Below are positions 11,836 through 23,125 of a DNA stretch of 64,000 nt, in pieces. This stretch comes from a virus. The translations under genes were made by a program, and so were the position numbers. The notes beneath the pieces were generated by a model that was given only the letters and a program-made list of their open reading frames with translations, ran no database searches and was not told where the DNA came from. Location: positions 32,001 to 96,000 of IMG/VR virus record IMGVR_UViG_3300024999_000055; one strand, given 5' to 3'. Position 1 is the stretch's first letter; each line of letters opens with the position of its first letter.

Positions 11836-12126
11836 TTATTCCCAATTTATAATTCTTTCATCTGTGATTAAACTTGAAAATCTAACCATAGGATATATAA
11901 TTTCTTTTATTGTATCCTCATCAATATTTTTATTTATATATAATTTATCACATCTACAACATCTTGAATTATCTTGAATAGACATAGTATGATAAGAATC
12001 TCCATTTTTCATAATTATTCTATTCTCAGTTCGTTCTTGAATTGCACTATCAATTAATAATTGACTTAATAATTCAAGGAATGTATTTGCTTCTTTTATT
12101 GTATTGCTTACAATTATTGCTTTCAT
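11836..12126 (-). CDS. Small protein resembling the central terminase ATPase subdomain
   Basis: KAIIVSNTIKEA...MKNGD...NSRCCR..LYIN...IIYP motif order; own RBS. Confidence 0.45.
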   Translation of the reverse strand: MKAIIVSNTIKEANTFLELLSQLLIDSAIQERTENRIIMKNGDSYHTMSIQDNSRCCRCDKLYINKNIDEDTIKEIIYPMVRFSSLITDERIINWE

Positions 12127-12439
12127 AATATTTTCTCCTTTTTATTTTATTTTATTGTTTTATAACCACTTAATAAACATTGTATAGTTCTGAATACTTT
12201 CTTTTTATCATTATTACATTCCCATGTTTCATTAAATAAACCACATTTAGTATATGATTGTCTTTCTGGAGCACCAGCACCATGTACAGGATGATGCTCA
12301 AAATCAATACAACCATAGCATAATTTATCTTCTGTAGGAGTGTTTACCCATAAGTCTTTAATATCTGTGTTTATTTTTATTCTTAACTCTTGATGATTTT
12401 GATATTCTTCTAATGTCATATGATTATTTCTCCTAAATA

Positions 12440-13000
12440 TTATTTAATATGCCATGCTTTTGCTTGCTTTTCTGCATTTATTCTATTTTTAATTTGTTTT
12501 GCAATAATTTCTGTACTTGCCTTTTCACCTTTAATAACTTGATATTTTACTTCAAATTCATCTAACATTTTTCTTAATTTAATATCGTCTTGTTTTGCTT
12601 CTTCTGCTGTTTGAAATCTACCAATAGGATTAAAAGATTTAACTCTTTCAAGAAAGTAATTTATATTATTGAATTGATTAAATTTATTAAGTATATTTTT
12701 ATTAAAATCTTTATCTATAGGATTATTATAAAATGCGGATAATAAGATTGGTGAATCTGTAATTATTACATCTAATTTTCCACAATCAACAAGACGTTTT
12801 ATACTATATTTTTGTTTTCCAAAGATATAATCTTGGTCTTTAAAAATAGCAGACCTTTCTTCATATAATTGGTGTTTGACATATTCACTACAATACTCTA
12901 CATTAATTCCACCCATCCATTTTAATTCTGCTGATACATCCCAAGATATAGATGTTTTTCCACATCCACTTCCAGCAAAGAAATTAACTACAATTGTCAT
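12440..13000 (-). CDS. P-loop NTPase / NadR-like nucleotide kinase
   Basis: AGSGCGKT Walker A, IITDSP, GRFQT lid. Confidence 0.75.
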   Translation of the reverse strand: MTIVVNFFAGSGCGKTSISWDVSAELKWMGGINVEYCSEYVKHQLYEERSAIFKDQDYIFGKQKYSIKRLVDCGKLDVIITDSPILLSAFYNNPIDKDFNKNILNKFNQFNNINYFLERVKSFNPIGRFQTAEEAKQDDIKLRKMLDEFEVKYQVIKGEKASTEIIAKQIKNRINAEKQAKAWHIK

Positions 13001-13042
13001 ATGTATTTCCTCCTCTATTATAAAGTTTGATCTAAACTAATT

Positions 13043-13549
13043 TTATTTTAACTTTCTAAAAACTACAATCATACTTGGGAATGGGGCAGAATCTTCACAC
13101 CCACTAAATTTTAATCTACCTTCAATAAATCTAATTTCCATCTTATTATATATGTATTTATGGAAAAATTTAGTATCTGTCCTTGATGGAAGTAAAGCAA
13201 CTACTATTATATCTTTTTGACTTTCCTCATATGCTTTCTTAATCCAATCTTCTTGTCCTGGTTTATATTTATCAATATGATAACCACGTTTTTGGCATCC
13301 TTTTTTCTTACAATTGGGTTTACATGGTTTCTCTGGTTTAGAGTAAGGTGGATTCATAAATACTATTTCATTTGACCAATCTTTAGATAATCCATCATCT
13401 TCTATAGTATAATATTTATCACATTTATGATTATCATGTGTGGCACATGGATCAAGTGTAAAATTAAATTCTTCATTAAGTTTATCAAAGAAATTTTGGG
13501 GTGTTTCCCAGGAATCTGATTCGCTAGAAAACATTAATTCTTTATTCAT
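13043..13549 (-). CDS. Phage N6-adenine DNA methyltransferase
   Basis: WETPQ, FTLDPCA, DGL..W, FMNPPYS, LLPSRTDT, GRLKF, APFPS. Confidence 0.92.
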   Translation of the reverse strand: MNKELMFSSESDSWETPQNFFDKLNEEFNFTLDPCATHDNHKCDKYYTIEDDGLSKDWSNEIVFMNPPYSKPEKPCKPNCKKKGCQKRGYHIDKYKPGQEDWIKKAYEESQKDIIVVALLPSRTDTKFFHKYIYNKMEIRFIEGRLKFSGCEDSAPFPSMIVVFRKLK

Positions 13550-13581
13550 GTATTATCTCCTTTATTTTTATAATTTATTAA

Positions 13582-16500
13582 TTAATTATTTTCCAATATT
13601 TCTTTATAATAATCAATCCAATCTTGATTTTCTAATTTTTTCTTAACAACAATATCAAAATATTCTTTTCTCATATCTTGTAATGAAAATTTAGTTATTC
13701 CTTTCTTTTTAAGATTCTTATTTACCATTTTAATTATTTCTGTTCTATTCATTGGATAAAGTTTAATCAATCTTTCCTTCTCTGCTTTTTCTTCTTCCTC
13801 TAATCTAATTTTCTCTTCTTCGATTCTTTTTCTTTCTTCTTCTTGTTCATCTACAATACTATCCAAATCAATCTCTAACCTATTCCATTTACTCTCCATA
13901 TGAGCAGGTATAACTACTTCTGGCACTAACACTTCTTTAATTTCAAACATCTCATAAGGTTCATAATCATAATTATAGTCTGTGAAATATGAACCATTTC
14001 TTTGTACAGAACGAGAAATTCCAAAATTAAATTCTTGTATTTCCTGATAATCTCCATCCATTTCTATTAATTGACCTTGCTCAGTTTTGTATTGATATTT
14101 TCCTTGATCATCCCAATTATCATCTCCGACATCTTTAAATCCATAGATTTTACCATTGTGTGTATATGCAAAATTTTCTAAATCTTCTTTTCCTAGTTTC
14201 TTTACTATTTTTGCAAATAGGGTAATATTCATATTTGAATTCTCCTTTTATTATTTATTTTTAAATCTACACCATTTAGGACTAAATATTGCTTGTAATT
14301 TTGGAATGCCTCTACCATAAATTTGTGCGAATGAATTAAAATCAGGGTTTATAGTATCCATACAATGACCATATACTCCAAATATTTTTTGTTCTAAATT
14401 ACCATTTGACCAATCATCTTTTTCAAAATATTCACATTTACTACATTTAAAAATTTTCATAATATCCTCCTTTTAATTTAATATTGTAAATCAACACCAA
14501 ATTTCTCTTTGGTTCAAATATTGAGTGTCACAAACACAGTAATATCAATGGTTTGTGAATTGGTGATTTTATGATTTTTATACTTTATAAGCTAATTTTT
14601 TTCATTTCCAACCTATACAATTATAAACATCACATAATAAATGTAAATTGTCATAAATAAGATTTTCTACTCTTGATTGTTTAGGTATTGTACAACCACT
14701 TAAACATCCTAAAATTGATTTTCTAAAAACTGAAATACCTTCTTTAATCTCATTAATATAATCTTCCCAACTTTCTACTTGTATCACTCTTGATTGATGG
14801 TCTATTATATTATCATTATCATTATCATCTAATGATAAATTTGTTTCTATTATTTTAATCATATTACTTACTCTCCTTTTCCTCAAATATTTCTTTATAT
14901 TTATCCACATTTATTTTACATTTATAATATATTTCATAATCTTTCCATTCACATTCCATAATATCTCTAATAGAAGTTATTCTTTCTTGAAAATATTCAC
15001 ATCCATAACAATTATCATCAGAACCTTTATCATAGCATTTTTGATTGTATTCTCCAATAGCACCAAATGGACACCAACTATTTTTTGATTCATCATCATA
15101 AATTCTATTAGCAGGATGTTCACATTTAGGGAATCTCTCTTGATATGCTTGAATTTCTTGCAGTGAGTAGTAACCGTATTCTTTACATTTTTCATGTGGT
15201 AGAATTCCTAGTGTATAATCAATCCAATCCTGACTACGCATAAGATCTGAACGAGCACCTTGACCAAATCTAGCATAGAATAATTCTTGACCTGCTAATG
15301 GCATTTTGTTAATGAAATCTAATATTTCTTTTTCGTATTTGTAATTTAATTGCATCATATTATCTTCTGAATATGATTTTATAATTTCTAGTTTCCACCA
15401 TTCTTGATTTGTTAAGGATAGGCAATTATCGCATAAATTTAGTCTACTTGAAAAGTTCGTAAATATAGAATTATGATTAAGTGTAGGAATGAGTATTTCA
15501 TGTATTTGAGGGTATGATTGTAGACAATTGAAACATATAGAATCTGGATTTTCTATTGCAATGTGGTGAGGATTGATTGAATTGGTTGTTTCAATTAATT
15601 TTGTTGATTCATGCATATTTTATCTCCTTTCTAAATATATTATTATTGTATTAACTATTTAATTAGTTTTAAAGTTCCAAATTCTTTAAATTTTTCACTT
15701 TCTAATTCTTCTAATTCTAATTTATCAAGTTCTTCTTGTAATTCATTAATTCTATTTCTTAAAAATTGCTTCTCTTGCTCTAGTTTAAATTTTTCAATCT
15801 CTTTATTTATATTTTGTTCATTTGATTCAAACTGTTCTTGATATTTCCAATAATCTCTCTCTTGCCCTTCCCATGCATAACTGCCTAAACTAATAACTTT
15901 TTTTATTCTAAATGCAGAAGCCGTAAAATCACAACCATTACCACAACATCTATATTTTTCATTATATCCTTTATCTTCAGGTTCACATTCACAATATCCC
16001 CAATGTCTTTCATCTTTAGTAAATTCTATATAATAACAATAATCATAATAAACATCTACCATATATTCACTTTCTTTTTCATTGTCTGGTTTTTCAATTA
16101 ATATTCTAATTTTGCCATTTGTATAACCTCCAGAGTAATCTTCGTCATAACCGTTAATATAATATGTATGCTTTGTAATATCGTCTAAGAATTCTTTACA
16201 ATTTTCAATTTGTTGGTCTATTACTGAAATTATATATGGGATATCTAAGATTTTTTTGTTATAATTAATTCTGTTTTCATTTTCATTGTTTAAAGTGCTA
16301 ATTAGATTTTGGATAAATTGGTCTTTGGTTGAAAGGTTAGATGTAGTCATAGGATAGTGTCTCTCCTTTTATTTTTTATTTTTATAATGTATTTTTAATT
16401 TCTTTCCATAAGAAATCACATAATTTATTTACTCCATTAACTCTTACTAGTGGAGCATTATAATCATCTAATAATTCAATCATTTGTCCAATATTTAATA

Positions 16501-16991
16501 ACGGATAATATTCATAATATACTTTTGTCCTTTCAAAACTTAATCCATTGCAATTATGTGTAAAACATTCAATACTTTCTTTTCCATTAACATTTAAATA
16601 ATAAATATCACCCATTTTAATTCCTTTTGATATCCACCATTTATATAGTTTTATTTTTTGCTCTTTTAATAATTCATTAAGTTGATTTATAGTAATTATT
16701 TGTTTCATAGAAAAACTCCTTATTTATATTAGTTTATTGAATATCTTGATTATTTCTTATTAATTCTTCCAATCCATTTAAACATTCTAATTCTTCAACT
16801 AAGTTTGCAATTTTACAAACAATTATTTCTTTTTTGTTAGGTATTTCAGATAATCCATAGCAATTGTCTAATAGAACATATTTACTGACTAGTTGGCAAA
16901 TTTCAAAATAATTATCGCTTTCATGGTAAAATCTACAATTCCATTTTATACATTTTAATTTTGTTGAATCTTTTTGTTCTTTTATTTCCAT
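13582..16991 (-). other. Hypothetical phage genes (69-250 aa)
   Basis: Contiguous ORFs with RBSs, no recognisable family. Confidence 0.7.
14496..14558. repeat. Dyad site A plus motif B
   Basis: ACCAAA-tttctc-TTTGGT; TCACAAACACAGTAATATCAATGGTTTGTGA at 14528. Confidence 0.7.
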
Positions 16992-17017
16992 ATAGTTTGT
17001 CCCTTCTCTTATGGTTA

Positions 17018-17046
17018 ATTATACATTTATTTTTTTATTCTGTCAA
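17018..17046 (-). promoter_or_regulatory. SigA-type promoter
   Basis: TTGACA-17 bp-TATAAT. Confidence 0.8.
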
Positions 17047-17092
17047 TGATAATTTTCATTATTTTTCATTATATTTCTATTTTTATTTGATT

Positions 17093-17121
17093 TTTAGCAG
17101 GAATGGTTAGTCCCTGCTAAA
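17093..17121 (-). terminator. Hairpin/terminator after dut
   Basis: TTTAGCAGG...CCTGCTAAA stem. Confidence 0.6.
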
Positions 17122-17134
17122 TAGAGTAAATTAA

Positions 17135-17596
17135 TTAATTCGTACTTCCTATGCCACCTTTACGTTCTTCCTCTGTATTTCCATTATCAGAAACTAAAAA
17201 TGGAATAAAAATACCTTGTGCGATTCTTTCAAATTGTTCAATATGTACTGGTTCATCTGTCATATTATATAAACAAATTCCAATATTCCCATCATTATTT
17301 ATATTGGAAAAATAATCCTGATCTACAATACCTATTGTATTTGCCAACATTAAACCTTTTTTAATTCCAATTGAACTTCTTACGTCAAGTATAAGAACTT
17401 CACCTTCTTGCATGTATGATTTTACATCCGTCCAAATTATTTCTTTTGATTTTGGTTGAATAGTTATAGAAATTGGAGATGAAAAATCATATCCTGCGGA
17501 AATTTTAGTTGCTCTAATGGGAAGTTTAATTTCTACATCTTTGTGCTTTCTGAATGAATCAGATACTACTTCAAAACCTCTAATTTTTGTTTGCAT
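17135..17596 (-). CDS. dut: Trimeric dUTPase
   Basis: SAGYDF, RSSIG, GIVDQDY, ERIAQG, RKGGIGST. Confidence 0.96.
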   Translation of the reverse strand: MQTKIRGFEVVSDSFRKHKDVEIKLPIRATKISAGYDFSSPISITIQPKSKEIIWTDVKSYMQEGEVLILDVRSSIGIKKGLMLANTIGIVDQDYFSNINNDGNIGICLYNMTDEPVHIEQFERIAQGIFIPFLVSDNGNTEEERKGGIGSTN

Positions 17597-17629
17597 AATA
17601 TTTTATTCTCCTTTTGTTTTTATTATATT

Positions 17630-18292
17630 TTATACTTCTTTCATAATAAATTCATTTAATATATATGGTGTATTTTTTTTATATTTAATATTTAATTCCT
17701 CTATATAATTTTTATTATCTTCAAATACACTTTTATCCAAGAAAGGATATTTCACTGTTCTTATTTGATTCAATCCTTTATCAAATTGAATGGTATACTG
17801 CAAAGATAATAATATATTTTTAATTATTTTTTTTGAAATATTTACACCAAGAGTTTTTAATATGATATTTTTATCAATATCATGTTGCATATATTGAAAA
17901 GGCAATTTCATATCTATATGTACACCATCTATAATATTACATTGCAATATATTTTTTATTTTAAGTGGGAATGTACCATTTGTGTATATTATTATTGGTA
18001 AATTTGTTGTATTTTTAATTTGTTGTATATCATGTAATATATCTACTATATTATTAATTAAATATTCACCACCACTTATAACTATATAATCATAAAGAAA
18101 AGAGTTTAATTTTAATAATTTAACAATTTCTTTAATGTCATAAAAATTATTATGTTTTTTTATTATCAATTCGTCATAATTAATGCAGTTGTAACATTTT
18201 AAGTTACAACCACACAAACTATGGATTAATAATGTTGGTGAATTATTTATTTCAGATACAGATGTGATAAATTTATTATAATATTTTATCAT
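17630..18292 (-). CDS. nrdG: Anaerobic RNR activating radical-SAM protein
   Basis: CNLKCYNC, SGGE, YTNG; adjacent to nrdD. Confidence 0.85.
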   Translation of the reverse strand: MIKYYNKFITSVSEINNSPTLLIHSLCGCNLKCYNCINYDELIIKKHNNFYDIKEIVKLLKLNSFLYDYIVISGGEYLINNIVDILHDIQQIKNTTNLPIIIYTNGTFPLKIKNILQCNIIDGVHIDMKLPFQYMQHDIDKNIILKTLGVNISKKIIKNILLSLQYTIQFDKGLNQIRTVKYPFLDKSVFEDNKNYIEELNIKYKKNTPYILNEFIMKEV

Positions 18293-20221
18293 TTATAAAT
18301 CTAATTCCGTAAATTTTTTTCTTATATTCCAATCATATCTTCTTGCTTTACTCCAAAAATTATATTTCCCTTCATATATTTTAGATTTATTTAATTTTAT
18401 ATTTTTTCTAGAAATCATTTTAACATATCCTATAACTCTTGAAAAAGTAGCTATATCATCACTACCACATACATTGCATTTTTCAATATTTTTACCGTCA
18501 GTTGCTTTAAATTTTTGTCCACAATTCATACAACTTGTTAATGTTGGTGTAAAAGTAATATAGTTAATTGGTTTATCAAATAATTTATTTAAATACTTTG
18601 CTAATTTTAATGGTTCAATTTTTGATTCGATAAAATGGTGTAGAATTGAACCACTTGTTGCATAACCTTGGTATTCTGCTGCGTTTTCTATTTGTTGAGT
18701 AAAATCTTCTTCACTAAATGGCAACATACATCCAGAAGTTAAATATATATCTTTACCAATTCCTTGAACAAATATTTTTCTATTATTTTCTTTTGCCCAT
18801 TTTAGATCATTTCTGGCTAATTTAATACCAGCATTTTCTGCTGGTGCATATTCGATCCCACAAGCAACTTTATCTCTTACAATAAATTCATTTACAATTT
18901 CTGTAATATATTGCATTATTTCATGAGCAAATAATTTACCTTCTGTATTTTTAAGTCCATCTTCATATCCTATATTAATCAATGCTTCATGCATACCAGT
19001 AACCGCAAATACATTAAAATAATTTTTTAAATCTTCATTAAATGAGAAAAACGTAGGGAATAAATCTTTATTTTGTTCAATAAATTTTCTTTTAGCCATA
19101 TGCCCTTCTTGCATTATTTCAAAATATTCACGAATTTTTGATTTTAATAATTCTTTATCATGCCCAAACTCAATGAATACTCTATTTAAGTTTAAATTAA
19201 GAACTTGAATAGCACCTGTATTGCCAATTGATGAACCAAATATTCCTCCTCCTACTTTTGATAATAAAGAAAGATCAATTTGTAAGCGACAGCATAGACT
19301 TCTTGATACTTCTGGATCTTTTGGTTTAATATTAGGATTTAGTTTTCTGTAATATTCATTTTTAAAAGGTTTAGTTTTGAAATTTTCAAAATAAACTCCA
19401 CCCCAAGAATACATTTTATTTAATAAATATAAAAACAATTCATTTTCATAGTTAAAATTATCATCAATTTGCACAGTAATTAATGGAAAAGTAAATGGAA
19501 TACCTGCTCTTGTTCCTTCTGCCATTACATCAATAATAGCATTATTAATTCTATCGAAATATTTTGATGGTATTTCTGAATATGTAAAATCACAAACATC
19601 GCCACTAATTATAACTAATTCATCTTTAATTTCTTCTGAAGGTTTCCCAAATTCCATTGTAATATTAGAAAAAGCGCTTTCACTACCAGAACGAAGTGGT
19701 AGGTTTAATTCGTAGATTAAAGATTTAAACATTCTTCTAAGTTGTTTATCTGAATATTTTATATCATTAATTTCTTCATTATATAAATAAGAAGCAGAAA
19801 TTGTTGTCATTTGAGATAACATTACTGCACCTGATACTTGTTGAGACATTAAAACAACTATATTACTAAAATGTCTTAGCAGTACATCTAAACTAGAACA
19901 TGGTTCTGATTCTAACATATTTTTTGCACGACTTGGGATACCTAATGTGGCAATATCTTTACAAGAAACTGATTGACAATATGAACTTAATTGTTTGTCA
20001 TGTATGTATATAACTCCATCTTTATATAAATCAACAAGTTTTTTAGGAAATATTTTTGTCATTAAATATTCTTCTTCAGATTTATTACAAATATTCTTTC
20101 TTAATAAAGGTAAGGAATATACGAAATTACTATTTTCCCTTTTTAAATAATCTGTTTTTATATCATCGTCATTTGCAATAAATTTACTAATTAATTCATT
20201 TGTATTCTTAAACATTCCCAT
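18293..20221 (-). CDS. nrdD: Class III anaerobic ribonucleoside-triphosphate reductase
   Basis: IYIHD, PFTFP, LCCR thiyl motif, PAEN, CxxC..CxxC, RVIGY glycyl-radical loop. Confidence 0.93.
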   Translation of the reverse strand: MGMFKNTNELISKFIANDDDIKTDYLKRENSNFVYSLPLLRKNICNKSEEEYLMTKIFPKKLVDLYKDGVIYIHDKQLSSYCQSVSCKDIATLGIPSRAKNMLESEPCSSLDVLLRHFSNIVVLMSQQVSGAVMLSQMTTISASYLYNEEINDIKYSDKQLRRMFKSLIYELNLPLRSGSESAFSNITMEFGKPSEEIKDELVIISGDVCDFTYSEIPSKYFDRINNAIIDVMAEGTRAGIPFTFPLITVQIDDNFNYENELFLYLLNKMYSWGGVYFENFKTKPFKNEYYRKLNPNIKPKDPEVSRSLCCRLQIDLSLLSKVGGGIFGSSIGNTGAIQVLNLNLNRVFIEFGHDKELLKSKIREYFEIMQEGHMAKRKFIEQNKDLFPTFFSFNEDLKNYFNVFAVTGMHEALINIGYEDGLKNTEGKLFAHEIMQYITEIVNEFIVRDKVACGIEYAPAENAGIKLARNDLKWAKENNRKIFVQGIGKDIYLTSGCMLPFSEEDFTQQIENAAEYQGYATSGSILHHFIESKIEPLKLAKYLNKLFDKPINYITFTPTLTSCMNCGQKFKATDGKNIEKCNVCGSDDIATFSRVIGYVKMISRKNIKLNKSKIYEGKYNFWSKARRYDWNIRKKFTELDL

Positions 20222-20226
20222 ATATA

Positions 20227-20424
20227 TTATATCTCCTTTACATATTTAATTGCTTCATTGAATTTCATAATTTTTCCATCTACTTGTAACATAGGCATAC
20301 TTAAAAAACCCTTCTCCATCATAATATTTATATCATTACATTCCTTATATGTAACTTGTTTTTGGTCTAATTTTTGTTTTAATATTTTACATTTGGAACA
20401 GTTATTAGAGTAAAGTAATATCAG
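20227..20424 (-). CDS. Glutaredoxin/NrdH-like redoxin (missed by the ORF track; CTG or ATT start)
   Basis: LYSNNCSKCKILKQKL...SMPMLQVDG; GGAGG 8 nt before CTG. Confidence 0.85.
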   Translation of the reverse strand: MILLYSNNCSKCKILKQKLDQKQVTYKECNDINIMMEKGFLSMPMLQVDGKIMKFNEAIKYVKEI

Positions 20425-20470
20425 AATAAAACCCTCCTTTTGATAAATTTATTTTAAATTTATTTTAAAA

Positions 20471-20671
20471 CTAACCACTAACTTTGCTTAATTTTTTATT
20501 TAATTTATCTCCTTTCTTCACCTTAATAAACTCTCCATAGTCATTATTCCTATTACAAATCTTCTCCATTCTCATATTATAAAGTTGTTCAGCATCAGGT
20601 TTTGCCAAATATCTAAAACACTCATTAATTTTCACACAACTACTATTTAGACAAAGAGCAATACTAGGCAA
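20471..20671 (-). CDS. Small Cys-rich protein (paralog 1)
   Basis: IALC....C.....C.RYLAKPD. Confidence 0.65.
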   Translation of the reverse strand: MPSIALCLNSSCVKINECFRYLAKPDAEQLYNMRMEKICNRNNDYGEFIKVKKGDKLNKKLSKVSG

Positions 20672-20703
20672 AATCTCACCACCATTATATTTATTTTATT
20701 ATT

Positions 20704-20874
20704 CTAACATCTTTTCAACATTTTCACCTCTAAATAATACTCATAACCATTATTTTCATCACAATCATCATTTTCATTTATATATTTTTGATATTTGTCT
20801 GGTCTTGCCAGAAACCTAAGACAATTCTGTGCTTTCTTGCAATTATCATTCTTACATAATGTCAAATCACAGAT
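20704..20874 (-). CDS. Small Cys-rich protein (paralog 2; missed by the ORF track)
   Basis: CDLTLCKNDNCKKAQNCLRFLARPD; GGAGG 8 nt before ATC. Confidence 0.6.
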   Translation of the reverse strand: MCDLTLCKNDNCKKAQNCLRFLARPDKYQKYINENDDCDENNGYEYYLEVKMLKRC

Positions 20875-20915
20875 AATTTTCACCTCCTTTATTTAATACT
20901 TTTTAATTTATATTT

Positions 20916-20944
20916 ATTTTAACATTTTGTTACTCAATTGTCAA
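20916..20944 (-). promoter_or_regulatory. SigA-type promoter for the nrd-dut operon
   Basis: TTGACA-17 bp-TGtTAAAAT (extended -10). Confidence 0.75.
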
Positions 20945-22226
20945 CAATTATTTTTATTATTTCCAAAATAATTCATGAAATATATACATGTCAATCCATC
21001 CAAAAGGGGTTACTAATAAAACTAATAGAAAACTAACAATTAAAAATACTACATTTGATATTATTTTGCCCAAAATACATCAATCATTTCTATTCTTCTT
21101 TCGGTCTACAACAACCACATTCAGGATTATGCCAATCACAACACCATTCACCATTAAAACGCCAATAATTATCTTCACCTAAATAAAAATCATCTTTGTT
21201 ACCAATATAACATTTATTATTTCTTAATAATTCACATTCATAATTTATATACTCACCTTCTGTATATGTACATTTCCCTAATTTTTCTTCATCTTGTACA
21301 TCTACTTTAAAATAATTTCTAAAATTTTCAATAGGATAATCAGTAAAATTTAAGTCTATTTTATCATGCCAATTAACTTCAACCTCTTGTGCATTAAAAG
21401 GAACAAGACTACAATCTGTAGAATTCCCTATGTCATGCATAATTTCGTTTAAATTGCTATAGTTATCATTTATATCTATAATATATAACTCTACTTTGTG
21501 TAACTTTGCCATAATAATTCTCCTTTTTATTTTTTTAATAATCTACTATTAAAAACCCCCAGTGTCAAATAATGTATCTTCATTTTTATTTATTATTAAT
21601 CGTTTGGTTATTTTTCTTAATATAGTTTTATTAATATCGTCCATAATTTTCTCCTTCAATGCATTTCATTACAATAATATTTTTATTTAATTATTCCCAT
21701 CCCCAACCACAATGATCAAATGTACATCTCCAATTTTCATAAAAACTAATCCATACCACTTTACTTCCACATACAGGACATCTTTTTTCACCATTAATAA
21801 TTTTAGGTTCTGCCATAATTAAACTCCTCCTTAAATTTTATATATCTTCATATTTTCTTCATAATTTATTCTACCCCATAAACATCTAGCAATACTATAA
21901 AGTTTATTATTATGAGTGTCCCTGTCAATTTTCTTATCAATTAAATCAATATATAATTTTTTACATACATTAATTCATTTTTACATTCTGGACATTCAAT
22001 ATTAGTATTCATTAATTGTGCCTTTTGTATAAGTTTCAATATATTATCATTGTGTTCATTTATTGTTTTCATATTAATTTTCCTCCTCGCAAACGTATAT
22101 AGGATGATACTCTATATTTAAACAATATATACATATATTACATTTATTTTTCTTTTTACAGTTATAACATAAGCAACCTTCGCATTCTATTGGAATATTT
22201 TTATTTATAATATAACTCATTATCCC

Positions 22227-22541
22227 TTACAAAAATTCAATAACATCTTTTAAAGCAAAATTTCTTTCTGCACATTTTTCTATATCATAAGCACGAAATA
22301 ACCATTGTTCTTTTGGATGATATTCCGTACTTCCAAACCAAATATCATAAGGGATTACAATTCTATTATTTGTTTCACCTTTATAGTTTTTATATACAAA
22401 TTGTAATATAGGTGTATATTCTGTATTTTTGGGTTCCCAAATTTCATATTCAATACATTCATTTTTATCTCTGCAATTTTCACAATTAAAACCTTTACTT
22501 TTACACCTTAATCCATGATCATACATTGCTTGTGTTGTCAT
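22227..22541 (-). CDS. Small WYL-like domain protein
   Basis: FVYKNYKGE..NRIVIP..IWFG.TEYH..QWLFRAYD....RNFAL. Confidence 0.65.
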   Translation of the reverse strand: MTTQAMYDHGLRCKSKGFNCENCRDKNECIEYEIWEPKNTEYTPILQFVYKNYKGETNNRIVIPYDIWFGSTEYHPKEQWLFRAYDIEKCAERNFALKDVIEFL

Positions 22542-22816
22542 GTTTTATTTCTCTCCTTTAATGTACTATATAATCCAACTCTAATATATATCCTTTAGAT
22601 TTTACTTGTGCTACAATTCCAATTAATTTAACATAATCACCATTAGGTTTAATACTATTTTTATTACAATTAGGTGAAGCAAAATATAATTTATCTACTA
22701 TTTTCGTACTAGATACTTTATATAAATAATAACATTTATTTCCATGTATCCATTGTACTTCATCTCCGGGGTTTAAATCAATATTAGGATATGTGTTTTG
22801 TTTTACTATTAGCATG

Positions 22817-23125
22817 TTATTTAATATTCTCCTTATGCTCAATTTTTCTAATAAAAACACCTTTCTCATATATCTCAATTCCTTCTTTAGTCCATATATT
22901 AAAATCCATTTCCATTGTTTTCATATATTCTAATTGTCCTTTATATAGTATTGTTTTCCCATATCTATAAGGAGTGAAATATGAAACAATTTTATCTTTT
23001 GCAATTATAGTTTTTAAATATAATCTTTGCCATGATTGTAGTTTAACATTGTAAAATTTTTCAATAAAAGCAATAGGATTGTTTTGATACTTTTCTTTAA
23101 AATTTAATTTTTCTTTATTTGTCAT
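22817..23125 (-). CDS. Small protein resembling the terminase large subunit N-terminus
   Basis: YQNNPIAFIEKFYNVKLQSWQR..L, then PYRYGKT Walker-A-like motif. Confidence 0.55.
   Translation of the reverse strand: MTNKEKLNFKEKYQNNPIAFIEKFYNVKLQSWQRLYLKTIIAKDKIVSYFTPYRYGKTILYKGQLEYMKTMEMDFNIWTKEGIEIYEKGVFIRKIEHKENIK

Noticed and set aside
13011-13035. Additional site A candidates (13014, also about 7993 and 54341)
   Set aside because: Only one arm matches; could be chance in AT-rich DNA, so not counted.
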